In this document: in pieces, positions 26,884 through 36,046 of the stretch
How positions within the stretch are numbered: position 1 is the first letter of the stretch
Layout: every line of letters starts with the position of its first letter
Assembly: GCA_041583775.1 (NCBI GenBank)
Contig: JBFHFF010000005.1
Coordinates: 43,988 to 107,987 of the forward strand
Source of the DNA: Candidatus Moraniibacteriota bacterium
GTDB lineage: Bacteria > Patescibacteriota > Minisyncoccia > Moranbacterales > DUUL01
Direction: 5' to 3'
DNA length: 64,000 bases
The notes under the pieces: model-generated
Databases searched by the model: none
What the model saw: the letters and a program-made list of their open reading frames with translations, nothing else
Told to the model about the DNA's origin: nothing
Program-made: the position numbers and the translations under genes

Positions 26884-27741
26884 ATGACGCTTAGTAATAA
26901 CATAAAAGAAGTTACGATAATTATTTTAGCACTACTGATTTTTAGTGTAGTGAAATTTTTTGATATTAATATAAAACAAACTGAAGAAATTCATCCTTTT
27001 GAAATGATTGAGCCAGGAGTTGTCTATAACGATTCTTCTGATGGAGATAAGTCTAGCCAGGGTGAAAATTTTGAAGGCACAGAGGATGATATCATTAGCT
27101 TAACAAATGAGTTTAGAAAAGAAAAGGGCTTGGATGTTTTAGTTAAAAATGACAAGTTGATGCAGTCTGCGAAAATGAAGGCTGAAGATATGAAAAAGCA
27201 AGAATATTTCGCACATATTTCTCCTGATGGAATTGAGCTTTGGAATCTTGTTCAACAAGTTGATTATAATTACTCGATAATTGCAGAAAATATTGCCGAA
27301 GGATATTTCTCTGCGGAGAGCGTTGTTGATGCTTGGATGAATAGTGAAGGACACAGGAAGAATATATTATCAGTGGAGCTTGAGGAAATTGGTGTGGCTG
27401 TTTTAGAAATTAAAAATAAAGATGGTAAAAAGAGTTATGTTTTAGTTCAACACTTTGCTACACCACAAAAAGAAATAGCAATAGAGAGAAATGTACAAAT
27501 TGTGTGTGAGAAGAAAGTTCAGGATAATTGTGAGAAAATAGAAGAAAAAAAGGATGAATATCAAGAGTTGGTAAAAGATCAAAAAGAGGTGATTGAAAAA
27601 GCAGAATCAGAAGGATTTACCAGAAAAGATTTAGTTGATCTATATGATAATCTTGATAAACTAAAAGAAGTTAGGGATCAATATAAAGAGTTTTATGCTG
27701 GATGTCAAGAATATATAAATAAATGTGATAGGTGGGAATAA
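26884..27741 (+). CDS. CAP/SCP-domain (YkwD-like) secreted protein with helical C-terminal extension
   Basis: N-terminal TM/signal, ...ISLTNEFRKEKGLDVL...AHISPDG...AENIAEGY...VDAWMNSEGHRKNIL matches CAP (PR-1) domain motifs. Confidence 0.65.
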   Translation: MTLSNNIKEVTIIILALLIFSVVKFFDINIKQTEEIHPFEMIEPGVVYNDSSDGDKSSQGENFEGTEDDIISLTNEFRKEKGLDVLVKNDKLMQSAKMKAEDMKKQEYFAHISPDGIELWNLVQQVDYNYSIIAENIAEGYFSAESVVDAWMNSEGHRKNILSVELEEIGVAVLEIKNKDGKKSYVLVQHFATPQKEIAIERNVQIVCEKKVQDNCEKIEEKKDEYQELVKDQKEVIEKAESEGFTRKDLVDLYDNLDKLKEVRDQYKEFYAGCQEYINKCDRWE

Positions 27742-27814
27742 TTTTGTTTGCACAAAAGTGACATATTAAGTATAATTAGAGAAATCTTTAATATAATTTA
27801 AAAAAACAAAAAGA

Positions 27815-28180
27815 GTGATAAAAAAAATATTAATTGTCGAAGATGATCCGATGCTGGTGGAGATTTATAGTAAAAAGTTCACAAGCGAGGGGTTTGATAC
27901 TGACACTGCTTGCAGTGGTGCTGAGGCTGAGGAAAAAGTTAAGGACGAAAGCTTTGATTTAGTTTTACTTGATCTTGTTTTGCCAGAGGCAGATGGTTTT
28001 GAAGTATTAAAAAAAATCAAAGAAGACCCAGCTATTAATAGTTTAAAGGTTGTTGTTTTTTCGAATTTATCACAAGAAGAAGATAAGGAAAGAGCGTCGG
28101 TTTTGGGTGCAGACGGTTTTTTGACTAAATCAGATTACACACCAGGTGAAATTGTTGAGCATATAAAGGGCTTGTTATAG
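27815..28180 (+). CDS. Single-domain response regulator (receiver only)
   Basis: KKILIVEDDPMLVEIY...DLVLLDLVLPEADGFEVLKKIK...VVVFSN: Asp pocket and phospho-acceptor D of REC domain; no output domain. Confidence 0.75.
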   Translation: MIKKILIVEDDPMLVEIYSKKFTSEGFDTDTACSGAEAEEKVKDESFDLVLLDLVLPEADGFEVLKKIKEDPAINSLKVVVFSNLSQEEDKERASVLGADGFLTKSDYTPGEIVEHIKGLL

Positions 28181-28313
28181 CATTGTAATCTTGTTTATAC
28201 TCTTGCTATTAAGTAAAAAATTGGTTATTGTAATAGAACTCAAACTTTTTTGAGTCAATTCAGTGTTGAATGTTTTGTTTTAAGAATTAGAAGAATTAAG
28301 GAAATAGAAAAAT

Positions 28314-30110
28314 ATGTTAAGGACTCATACTTGTGGACAATTGGGGGAATCTGAAATTGGTGAAAAAGTTACTTTAACCGGCTGGGTTCATAGAAGAAGG
28401 GATCATGGAGGGGTTATTTTTATTGACTTAAGAGATCGATATGGATTGACCCAGATAAAATTTGATCCAGAAATTAATAAAGATTCTCATGCACAGGCGG
28501 ATATATTGAGAAGCGAATGGGTTATAAAAGTTGAAGGAACTGTTATTGCTAGACCAGATGATATGATCAATGAGAAGCTTAAGACAGGAAAAATAGAAAT
28601 TGAAATTTCCGAATTAGAGGTTCTTAATACTTCAAAAACTCCACCTTTCGAATTGATTGAGGAAAAAAATGTTGAAGCAAATGAAAATCTTCGCTTAAAA
28701 TATCGGTTTATTGATTTGCGAAGACCAAAACTTCAAGAAATGTTGAAGGTGAGAGATGAGATGATTTGTTATATGCGAAACTATTTTCATTCTAAGGATT
28801 TTCGTGAAGTCCAAACCCCAATTCTTGCAAATTCTTCTCCTGAAGGCGCAAGAGACTGGCTTGTTCCTTCAAGGCTTTATCCTGGAAAATTTTACGCTTT
28901 ACCCCAAGCACCACAACAGTTTAAACAATTGTTGATGGTAGGTGGTGTTGATCGTTATTTTCAAATAGCTCCTTGTTTTAGAGACGAAGATCCTAGAATG
29001 GATCGTCATTTTGGTGAATTTTATCAACTTGATATGGAGATGAGTTTTATTGAACAAGATGATATTTTTCAAACGATGGAACCTTTGATGATTGAAGTGA
29101 CTGAAAAATTTTCGAAGAAAGAAATTATAAATTTAGACAAAAATGGAAGATTCCAACAAATTCCCTGGAAAGATGCAATGACAAAATATGGAACTGATAA
29201 GCCTGATTTGAGGTTTGATTTTGAAATTCAACCAATTTCAGAAATAGTGAAAGATTGTGGCTTTGGAGTTTTTTCTAAGGTCATTCAAGATGGTGGAGTT
29301 GTTCATGCAATGAAAATTGATAATGGAGGAGAGAGGTTTTCTCGGAAAGACATCGATGAATTAACTGAATTAGCACAAAGTAAGGGTGCTAAAGGTTTAG
29401 CATATATTGTGATAAAAGAAGAAGGAAAATTACAATCTCCAATTGTGAAATTTTTAGGTGATGAAATTAGTAGCAAGATTGTGGAAAAATTATCAGCAAA
29501 AGAAGGTGATATTATCTTTTTTGGAGCTGATACTTGGAGAACCGTTTGCGAAAGTCTTGGTGTAGTCAGAAATGATTGTGGAGCAAGACTTGGATTGAAA
29601 GATAATAAAAAAGCTGCTTGGCTTTGGGTTACAGATTTTCCAATGTATGATTATTCTGAAATTGAACAGGGAAGAATTGATTTCGCACACAATCCTTTTT
29701 CAATGCCTCAGGGTGGAATGAAGGACTTAGAAGAGAAAAATCCTCTAGACATTGTCGCCTACCAGTTTGATTTTGTCTTGAATGGCTTTGAACTTACGAG
29801 TGGTGCAATTAGGAATCACAAGCCAGAGATTATGTATAAGGCATTTGAAATTGCTGGATATTCAAAAGAAGAAGTTGATGCAAAATTTGGACATATGATT
29901 AGGGCATTTGAATTCGGAGCGCCCCCACATGGTGGAAATGCTCCTGGGATTGACAGATTGTTAATGGTATTAAATGACTGGGATTCTATTAGAGATATTT
30001 ATGCTTTTCCTAAAGATGGACAGGGGAGGGATGCTATGTTAGACACCCCAAATGCAGTTGAAAAGAAACAACTTGATGAATTGCATATTCAAATAAAGAA
30101 GTACGAATAG
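28314..30110 (+). CDS. aspS: Aspartate--tRNA ligase
   Basis: MLRTHTCGQL...VTLTGWVHRRRDHGGVIFIDLRDRYG anticodon-binding N-domain, class II motifs (FREVQTPIL; QSPQQFKQLLMVGG; GAPPHGGNAPGIDRL). Confidence 0.9.
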   Translation: MLRTHTCGQLGESEIGEKVTLTGWVHRRRDHGGVIFIDLRDRYGLTQIKFDPEINKDSHAQADILRSEWVIKVEGTVIARPDDMINEKLKTGKIEIEISELEVLNTSKTPPFELIEEKNVEANENLRLKYRFIDLRRPKLQEMLKVRDEMICYMRNYFHSKDFREVQTPILANSSPEGARDWLVPSRLYPGKFYALPQAPQQFKQLLMVGGVDRYFQIAPCFRDEDPRMDRHFGEFYQLDMEMSFIEQDDIFQTMEPLMIEVTEKFSKKEIINLDKNGRFQQIPWKDAMTKYGTDKPDLRFDFEIQPISEIVKDCGFGVFSKVIQDGGVVHAMKIDNGGERFSRKDIDELTELAQSKGAKGLAYIVIKEEGKLQSPIVKFLGDEISSKIVEKLSAKEGDIIFFGADTWRTVCESLGVVRNDCGARLGLKDNKKAAWLWVTDFPMYDYSEIEQGRIDFAHNPFSMPQGGMKDLEEKNPLDIVAYQFDFVLNGFELTSGAIRNHKPEIMYKAFEIAGYSKEEVDAKFGHMIRAFEFGAPPHGGNAPGIDRLLMVLNDWDSIRDIYAFPKDGQGRDAMLDTPNAVEKKQLDELHIQIKKYE

Positions 30111-30144
30111 TATCTTTTGAGAAATAAAGTGCCCTAGATAGGTA

Positions 30145-31332
30145 ATGCGAGAAAATAAAAATAAATTAAAAAATAAACTAGCGTTAATAAACCTGATTGC
30201 CATTATGCTTGGCTTTCAGTTGGGTTTGGTTTTGTTTGTCTTCTCAACTTTTTTGGCAAATCAAGTGGGTGAAAAAAGTGTTGGGTGGCTTTTTTTTGTG
30301 GGATATTTAGTTTCTTTTTATATTTTAATAAGAATGCATTCTTTGATTAGAAAACTTGGAACGACACAAGCATTCTTTATTTTTGTGGCGATTAGTTGGA
30401 TATCTTTGATTGGGATGGGAGCCTTTTGGTTTCATCCAATTTCCATTATCTTTGCTATTTTTTTCTTGATAGGAAACACGATTTCATGGACAGTTTTGGA
30501 TATTTTACTTGAGTCACATTCGGATGATAAGACCACCGGAAGAACGAGGGGTTTGTTTTTGGTGATACTAAACGCAGGCGTCTTAGTTGCACCCTTTATT
30601 TCAACTTGGTTGGTACAAAACAGCGAGAATGGTTTTCAGCTGGTCTTTTATATTGCATCTTTTTTTAGCTTCATTCCTTTGATAATTTTGGCACTATTTT
30701 TTTCGGAACGAGAGGGTGTTTGTGTAAAAAGAAAGAAAAATTTTCATATAGTAAAAGAACTTTTACTACGAAAAAATATTCTAAGAATTTACTTAGTATC
30801 CTTTCTGTTGGATTTGTTCTATGCAGTTACAGTTGTATATACACCAGTTTATTTGCTTGATATAGGGCTATCTTGGATTGAGATCGGGAAAATTTTTACG
30901 GTAATGTTAATCCCATTTGTTATTTTGCAATATCCCCTAGGTGTTATTGCTGACAAAAAAACTGGCGAGAAGGAGTTGATAATAGCATCCCTGTTTGTTT
31001 TAGCTATTTTCACTATTATTATTGGCCTTTTCAATGCCCCAAATGTTGCGATTTGGATGGGAATTCTTTTAACAACAAGGATTGGAGCCGCAACGGTTGA
31101 AATTATGAGAGATACTTATTTCTACAAAAAAATAGGTCCAAAAGATATTGAAATTATGGATTTCTATAGAACGACAAAAAATTTAGCCTATATATTTGGG
31201 ATGCCAGTTTTTATTTTTTTGCTTTTTATTTTTCCTTCAAGTTTAAATTATGTCTTTATTCTTTTGGGGATTATCATTGGCGTTGGAATCATTCCAATAC
31301 TTAAGCTTGAAGACACGAAAGCTTCGAATTAG
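30145..31332 (+). CDS. MFS-type transporter (12 TM)
   Basis: Repeated hydrophobic helices and overall MFS-like architecture; 3' end (31153..31332) is duplicated at 33478..33656. Confidence 0.5.
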   Translation: MRENKNKLKNKLALINLIAIMLGFQLGLVLFVFSTFLANQVGEKSVGWLFFVGYLVSFYILIRMHSLIRKLGTTQAFFIFVAISWISLIGMGAFWFHPISIIFAIFFLIGNTISWTVLDILLESHSDDKTTGRTRGLFLVILNAGVLVAPFISTWLVQNSENGFQLVFYIASFFSFIPLIILALFFSEREGVCVKRKKNFHIVKELLLRKNILRIYLVSFLLDLFYAVTVVYTPVYLLDIGLSWIEIGKIFTVMLIPFVILQYPLGVIADKKTGEKELIIASLFVLAIFTIIIGLFNAPNVAIWMGILLTTRIGAATVEIMRDTYFYKKIGPKDIEIMDFYRTTKNLAYIFGMPVFIFLLFIFPSSLNYVFILLGIIIGVGIIPILKLEDTKASN

Positions 31333-31343
31333 AAATCTATTCC

Positions 31344-31370
31344 AAAAAAGGCAATAAAATGCCTTTTTTA
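31344..31370 (+). terminator. Rho-independent terminator after MFS gene
   Basis: aaaaaaggc-aataaaat-gcctttttt. Confidence 0.6.
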
Positions 31371-31578
31371 TCAACTTTTACAAGTTCATATTTATAATCT
31401 AAATTCATAATGGAAAAGATTATTTGCTTATATATCCAAGGATATATCTGATAAAAAATGCAAAAAAAAGATTCTTGATTATTTTTATTAAAGTGATATT
31501 ATCTATTCGTGAGTCTGGGAAATAAATAATAGGAGTTTTTAATTGGTCGTTTTCGGCCATTTTTATTTGCAAAAATAT

Positions 31579-32388
31579 ATGAAAAATAAGTTTTTTAATT
31601 ATTTTGGCGCTTTGTCAGCTTTAGGTTTAGTAGCGTTATTTTCTTACCTGCTTTATGATAAAAAAATATTTTTTTTGATTGAAAATAGTCATGAACATGA
31701 ACTACTTCTAATCTTTTTTGTTATTGCAGTACTTTTTTCCTTAAGTTTCGCAGTTTTTTATATATCGCACCTGATTAAGTTACCTTCTTTTGTTTTGGCA
31801 ATATTTTTTGGGTTAGCAGCCAAGCCAATACTTCTTCCAGTGTTGGATAACTCTGAAGCATTGGGAATAATAGTGGGCCTGGGTGCAACTTTGATATTAT
31901 TTTCTGGCGGACTGGAAACGCCATTTCCAAATTTTAAAAAATTAATCTGGAAGATATTTTCACTTTCATTTGTTGGTTTGTTTATAACGGCTTTTCTCTT
32001 TTCCTTTCTTGTTTGGTATATAGGTGGTGTTTGGCTTGGCGGAGTGTCGATGATATCCGCTGTGTTATTAGGAGCAATTCTCGCTTCCACTGATCCAGCA
32101 GCGATAATACCAGTTCTAAAAAATATTCGTTTTAAAAATCCATCGACTAAGCATATTATTATTTCTGAAAGTGCGGTAACTGATGTTATTGGCACTTTAT
32201 TGACTGTGGTTTTTTTGGCTTTCATTATGAGTGGGCAGTCTTTTTCTGGGATACTAAATTGGTATGCCTCAATATTCAACCCAAAAAGCGGACTTATTTT
32301 GCTTAAGCAGTTGTTTTTCGGCGGTCTTCTGGGAGTTATTGGTTATTGGTTGCTGGAAGGACTTAGTCGATTTAAAAAAAAGATATAG
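31579..32388 (+). CDS. Na+/H+ antiporter (CPA1/NhaP-type), N-terminal half; frame broken at A8 run 32374-32381
   Basis: TM-rich, ...LLGAILASTDPAAIIPVLK... TDP motif typical of Na_H_Exchanger family; stop 32386-32388 right after 8-A homopolymer. Confidence 0.6.
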   Translation: MKNKFFNYFGALSALGLVALFSYLLYDKKIFFLIENSHEHELLLIFFVIAVLFSLSFAVFYISHLIKLPSFVLAIFFGLAAKPILLPVLDNSEALGIIVGLGATLILFSGGLETPFPNFKKLIWKIFSLSFVGLFITAFLFSFLVWYIGGVWLGGVSMISAVLLGAILASTDPAAIIPVLKNIRFKNPSTKHIIISESAVTDVIGTLLTVVFLAFIMSGQSFSGILNWYASIFNPKSGLILLKQLFFGGLLGVIGYWLLEGLSRFKKKI

Positions 32389-33349
32389 TCAAGAATTTGA
32401 AGCAGATTCAGCATTCTTCCTTTTTGTGCCAATAATGATTTTTGTTTTTGCTTTGTTGTTTGGCGGTAGTGGCTATCTAGCAGCATTTATCGCTGGGTTG
32501 ATATTTCATTGGACTGACAATCTACACGAAACTGAGCACTTTTTTAACAATCTAGTTGATGGATTTTTGAAGCCAGTAGTTTTTATTTTGTTAGGAGGAT
32601 TAGTTGATATAGGAAGTCTAATAATCTATGCACCAATTGGTATTTTATTGGCTTTTATATTCATGTTTATTATTAGACCAATTGCCGTTTTTGTATCTTT
32701 GTCACCATATTATTATTTTGGTGAAGAAAAAATTAGTTTTAAGGATTTGTTATTTATTTCCTTTGTGCGTGAAACGGGGGCTATCCCTGCTGTATTGATG
32801 GTGACAGTAATCAGTTTGGGTATTAGTGGTCTAGATGGTTTATTGGAGATAGGTATGTGGATAATTTTACTTACATTGATCATCGAACCAGTTCTTACTC
32901 CGTTTGTAGCCAAATATTTGCAAGTAGGGGAGGTTATTAAAGATAAAACTAAAATTGAATTAAGTGAGTTGCCTTTGGTGGTCCTGGGTACGCGTGGCCT
33001 AACTTTTATTGAACGTTTGCCAAAAGTTGTGAATTGGGCAAACAAACACATGATAAAAAATGTAACAGTATTGCTTTGTTTGGAGGATAAATATACTGAA
33101 GAATATGAAAAGGAGGTTAAAGAATTTGCGGAAATTAAATTCAAAAAAATAAACAACGAAATGCTTTCCAAGGGCCTGCCAGTAATCACTTTTGATATAA
33201 TCAGCAGGGGAGGATTTCTTCAAGAGGATATACACAAAATATGTCAAAATAATGACACCGTGACTGTTGTGTTCGTTGGTCGTAAAATGTTGGATTATCG
33301 ATTAAATGAAATCAAAAATCTCAACGCACCATTGTATTTTATGGATTGA
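32264..33349 (+). CDS. Na+/H+ antiporter, C-terminal half (TM helices plus cytoplasmic regulatory domain), other frame
   Basis: Continues transporter helices (FFLFVPIMIFVFALLFGG...) then soluble C-domain; deleting one A in the A8 run fuses it in frame to 31579 ORF (...LSRFKK-RYSQEF...). Confidence 0.6.
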   Translation: MPQYSTQKADLFCLSSCFSAVFWELLVIGCWKDLVDLKKRYSQEFEADSAFFLFVPIMIFVFALLFGGSGYLAAFIAGLIFHWTDNLHETEHFFNNLVDGFLKPVVFILLGGLVDIGSLIIYAPIGILLAFIFMFIIRPIAVFVSLSPYYYFGEEKISFKDLLFISFVRETGAIPAVLMVTVISLGISGLDGLLEIGMWIILLTLIIEPVLTPFVAKYLQVGEVIKDKTKIELSELPLVVLGTRGLTFIERLPKVVNWANKHMIKNVTVLLCLEDKYTEEYEKEVKEFAEIKFKKINNEMLSKGLPVITFDIISRGGFLQEDIHKICQNNDTVTVVFVGRKMLDYRLNEIKNLNAPLYFMD

Positions 33350-33379
33350 TCACTGTGGTGACAATAAGATTTGTAGCAA

Positions 33380-33469
33380 GTAACATCGCTCGCGAGTGAT
33401 GTTACAAGTCAGAAAGAAAGGTAAGTTTGCTTCAGCGTCAAATAAAGGTCCGAGTTACAAACTCGGACC
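33380..33469. repeat. Two GC-rich stem-loops (33380-33405 and 33447-33469) immediately upstream of duplicated MFS fragment
   Basis: gtaacatcgctcg/cgagtgatgttac (13 bp, one G-U) and ggtccgag-ttacaaa-ctcggacc (8 bp perfect). Confidence 0.4.
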
Positions 33470-33477
33470 AGCGCAAA

Positions 33478-33656
33478 TTATGGATTTCTATAGAACGACA
33501 AAAAATTTAGCTTATATACTTGGAATGCCAGTTTTTATTTTTTTGCTTTTTATTTTTCCTTCAGGTCTAAATTATGTCTTTACTCTTTTGGGGATTATCA
33601 TTGGTATTGGAATCGTTCTAATATTTAAGCTTGAAGACACGAAAGTGTCAAAATGA
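33478..33656 (+). repeat. Roughly 180-bp direct duplicate (~92% identical) of the MFS gene 3' end (31153..31332); gene fragment, not a functional gene
   Basis: Encodes ...IMDFYRTTKNLAYILGMPVFIFLLFIFPSGLNYVFTLLGIIIGIGIVLIFKLEDTK versus MFS C-terminus ...IMDFYRTTKNLAYIFGMPVFIFLLFIFPSSLNYVFILLGIIIGVGIIPILKLEDTK. Confidence 0.7.
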
Positions 33657-33710
33657 AAATAGTTTCACAAGAGTTGTTCTTGTAAATGCTTATTAATTTT
33701 TTTATAAAAA

Positions 33711-34832
33711 TTAACTATTTTCTGAAAAATGTTTTTTAATTGAATCTTTCATCGCAGATGATAAAAAGGTTGGCACAGCGTTTCCGATTTGTAAATTTTT
33801 ATCACTTCTTGAACCAAAAAAAATGTAGTTATCGGGAAAACATTGTATTCTTGCCCCCTCTCTTGTCGTAAGTGGTCTCGGTGCTTTTGGGTGAATACAT
33901 CTTGAGGAAGATGGTGTGCTTAAATTCCTCGTGATGGTTGTGCTTGGTCTGTTCCACCATAATCTGCAATAAGTATTTGCAAAACCGCTTTTAGGCCTTA
34001 AGTTTTTAGGTAAGTCCCGCGGAGTTCCTCCATCGGGAAGGTTTTCCATAATTTTTACTAATCCTTTATTATTATTTGGCGAGTTATGATCCATTAGTTT
34101 TTCTGGAGCATTTTTCCGCATTAATTTTTGAAAATTATTCATTGGCTTCAAGGCATATTCGAAGCTTTCTTCATTGCTTTTGATGAAAGGTAAATCACTT
34201 ATTGCATCGGAAAGCTTTAGGTAGGGTAATAATTTTTTTGTCAAAAGATTTTTTTCTTCTTCTGGATTATAGTGTGTCGGCTGAGGATAGTTAAATGGAT
34301 GATTTAACTTGGTTCCTATGATTATAATTCTTTCCCTGACTTGTGGCGCTCCGTAGTCAGCAGAATTTAACACTTTATAGGCAATTTCATATCCTAATGA
34401 CTCAAATAACAAGAGAATCGTTTTTAATAATTCACCCTTTTGCATAGATAGAAGGCCTTTTACATTTTCAAATAAAAATACTTTTGGGTTTAATTCTTTT
34501 AAAACTCTGTAATATTCTTGAAACAACTTTCCTTTTGGATCAGTCACTAGTCTTTTTCCTACGGTCGAATACGCCTGACAAGGAGGGCCGCCAACAATCA
34601 AATCAATTCCACCCTTATTAATTCCAAAATCTTTTTGTAAATCTTTGATTCCGAAATCTTTTATGTCTTTGCAATAAACTTTTACCGAAGGGTGGTTTAG
34701 TTCGTAAGCTTTGGCCATATTGGGCAATATTTCATTTGCGGCAACAATTTCAAAGGCATCATCATGAGCAAAGCCATAACTTAAACCTCCAACGCCAGCA
34801 AACAAATCTATAATTTTGATTTTTTTAGCCAT
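33711..34832 (-). CDS. DNA (cytosine-5)-methyltransferase
   Basis: Motif I FAGVGGLSYGF, motif IV GGPPCQAYS, motif VI ENVKGLLS, motif VIII QVRERIIIIG, motif X GNAVP. Confidence 0.9.
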   Translation of the reverse strand: MAKKIKIIDLFAGVGGLSYGFAHDDAFEIVAANEILPNMAKAYELNHPSVKVYCKDIKDFGIKDLQKDFGINKGGIDLIVGGPPCQAYSTVGKRLVTDPKGKLFQEYYRVLKELNPKVFLFENVKGLLSMQKGELLKTILLLFESLGYEIAYKVLNSADYGAPQVRERIIIIGTKLNHPFNYPQPTHYNPEEEKNLLTKKLLPYLKLSDAISDLPFIKSNEESFEYALKPMNNFQKLMRKNAPEKLMDHNSPNNNKGLVKIMENLPDGGTPRDLPKNLRPKSGFANTYCRLWWNRPSTTITRNLSTPSSSRCIHPKAPRPLTTREGARIQCFPDNYIFFGSRSDKNLQIGNAVPTFLSSAMKDSIKKHFSENS

Positions 34833-34840
34833 ATTTTTCC

Positions 34841-35677
34841 CTACAAGAAAGATAAATCGTTATATTTTGGTGGTTTTTCTGTTAATTTCCAGAAGAAATA
34901 ATTTTGGTCTATATTAAAAACAGTTTGCCCCTCCATTTGTTGTCTTGTAATCCAATTAACACTATCATCATTGACTTCATCTATTTTCACAAAAGCAACT
35001 TGACCATTAAATAAATCAAAATGAATAACCATTGAAGAGATATTTTCTTCCCTTCTGATTTTCTTTCCTTCTAAAACTTTATGTTGTTTTATATCATTTA
35101 TGCCCTGGAATCCAGACTGAACTTCAATTCTTATTTTCTCACCATTCTTTAAATTAATTTGCAAATCAGCTTTCGGTGTTCTTTTAAATGTTTCAATGTT
35201 TACCAAATCGTCATCTCCAATTAAATCAATATTTTCTATATCAACATCAAAAATTTGACTTAAGGCATTTAAAAAGTATGAAGAAATCACAAAACCACGC
35301 ATCCATGAAAAATAAACCTCCTCAGGTCTTCTCCCTTGATTGTTTAGTCTGGAAATAATATCGTGAGTCTTCAGTTTATTGAAGACTGTTTTTATGTTTT
35401 CATTACAAAAAGAATCTAAATCTTTAACCTTTACATCTTCGATGACCATATCATTTATTTTCACAATTATTTCAAAAAGTCTGTTGTTTAGCAATTCAAT
35501 ATAATTATAATCAACTGTTGGTGTTATGTCCTTTGCAGCAAAAAAAGCTTTAACACCGTTTTGATTTGTAAAGCCAAGTATTTCTCTATACTCTTTGAAA
35601 TATTTTGCATCAATTGTCTTTGTATCATTTTCCATAAAAGTGAAATTTATTTGTTTTTTAGTTATTTTTTTACCCAT
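34841..35677 (-). CDS. Hypothetical protein co-transcribed upstream of the C5-MTase; candidate Type II restriction endonuclease
   Basis: 8-bp gap to MTase on same strand (R-then-M operon layout); no recognisable family; role inferred from context only. Confidence 0.35.
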   Translation of the reverse strand: MGKKITKKQINFTFMENDTKTIDAKYFKEYREILGFTNQNGVKAFFAAKDITPTVDYNYIELLNNRLFEIIVKINDMVIEDVKVKDLDSFCNENIKTVFNKLKTHDIISRLNNQGRRPEEVYFSWMRGFVISSYFLNALSQIFDVDIENIDLIGDDDLVNIETFKRTPKADLQINLKNGEKIRIEVQSGFQGINDIKQHKVLEGKKIRREENISSMVIHFDLFNGQVAFVKIDEVNDDSVNWITRQQMEGQTVFNIDQNYFFWKLTEKPPKYNDLSFL

Positions 35678-35962
35678 TTAATTTATTTGCAAATGGTTTC
35701 TATTTTTTTGATTTGTTTTAATTTGGGTGTGTGCGAAAATTGAGTATTACTTGTTTAGTAAATCGTATAACTTAGCTCTGTTGTTGTATTTGTGTTTTTT
35801 GGTCAAGCAAATAAACTACTTTTAATAGTTTACATTTTTCATTTAAATTTTACCAGTATAAGTCTTTTGACTTAATTAAATATTTTTTAGTAAGGTTGTT
35901 TCGACCTGTGAATTCGCCAAAGAAATTCTAAAAATGAATAAATAAATTTCTGGGTATTTCAC

Positions 35963-36046
35963 ATAATGTGCGCAGATAATCCGAAGCTTCTTGGAGTAAA
36001 TCTCGAATAATGTGCGCGGATAATCCGAAGCTTCTTGGAGTAAATC
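35963..36046. repeat. Two tandem copies of a 40-bp unit (ataatgtgcgc[a/g]gataatccgaagcttcttggagtaaatc) separated by tcga; each contains palindrome GAAGCTTC
   Basis: Units at 35963-36002 and 36007-36046 differ at one position; related palindrome cggatatccg at 36072-36081. Confidence 0.7.

Noticed and set aside
31758-32279. 173-aa minus-strand ORF inside the antiporter gene
   Set aside because: It is antisense to a conserved transporter coding region; a typical shadow ORF.
33396-33656. ORF 33396..33656 as an independent small membrane protein gene
   Set aside because: Its C-terminal 60 aa are a near-copy of the MFS C-terminus and its N-terminal part reads through the GC-rich hairpins; it is a duplicated gene fragment.
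35963-36046. Tandem 40-bp repeats considered as a CRISPR array
   Set aside because: Only two units separated by 4 bp, no variable spacers, and no cas genes nearby; more consistent with an operator or iteron-like repeat.
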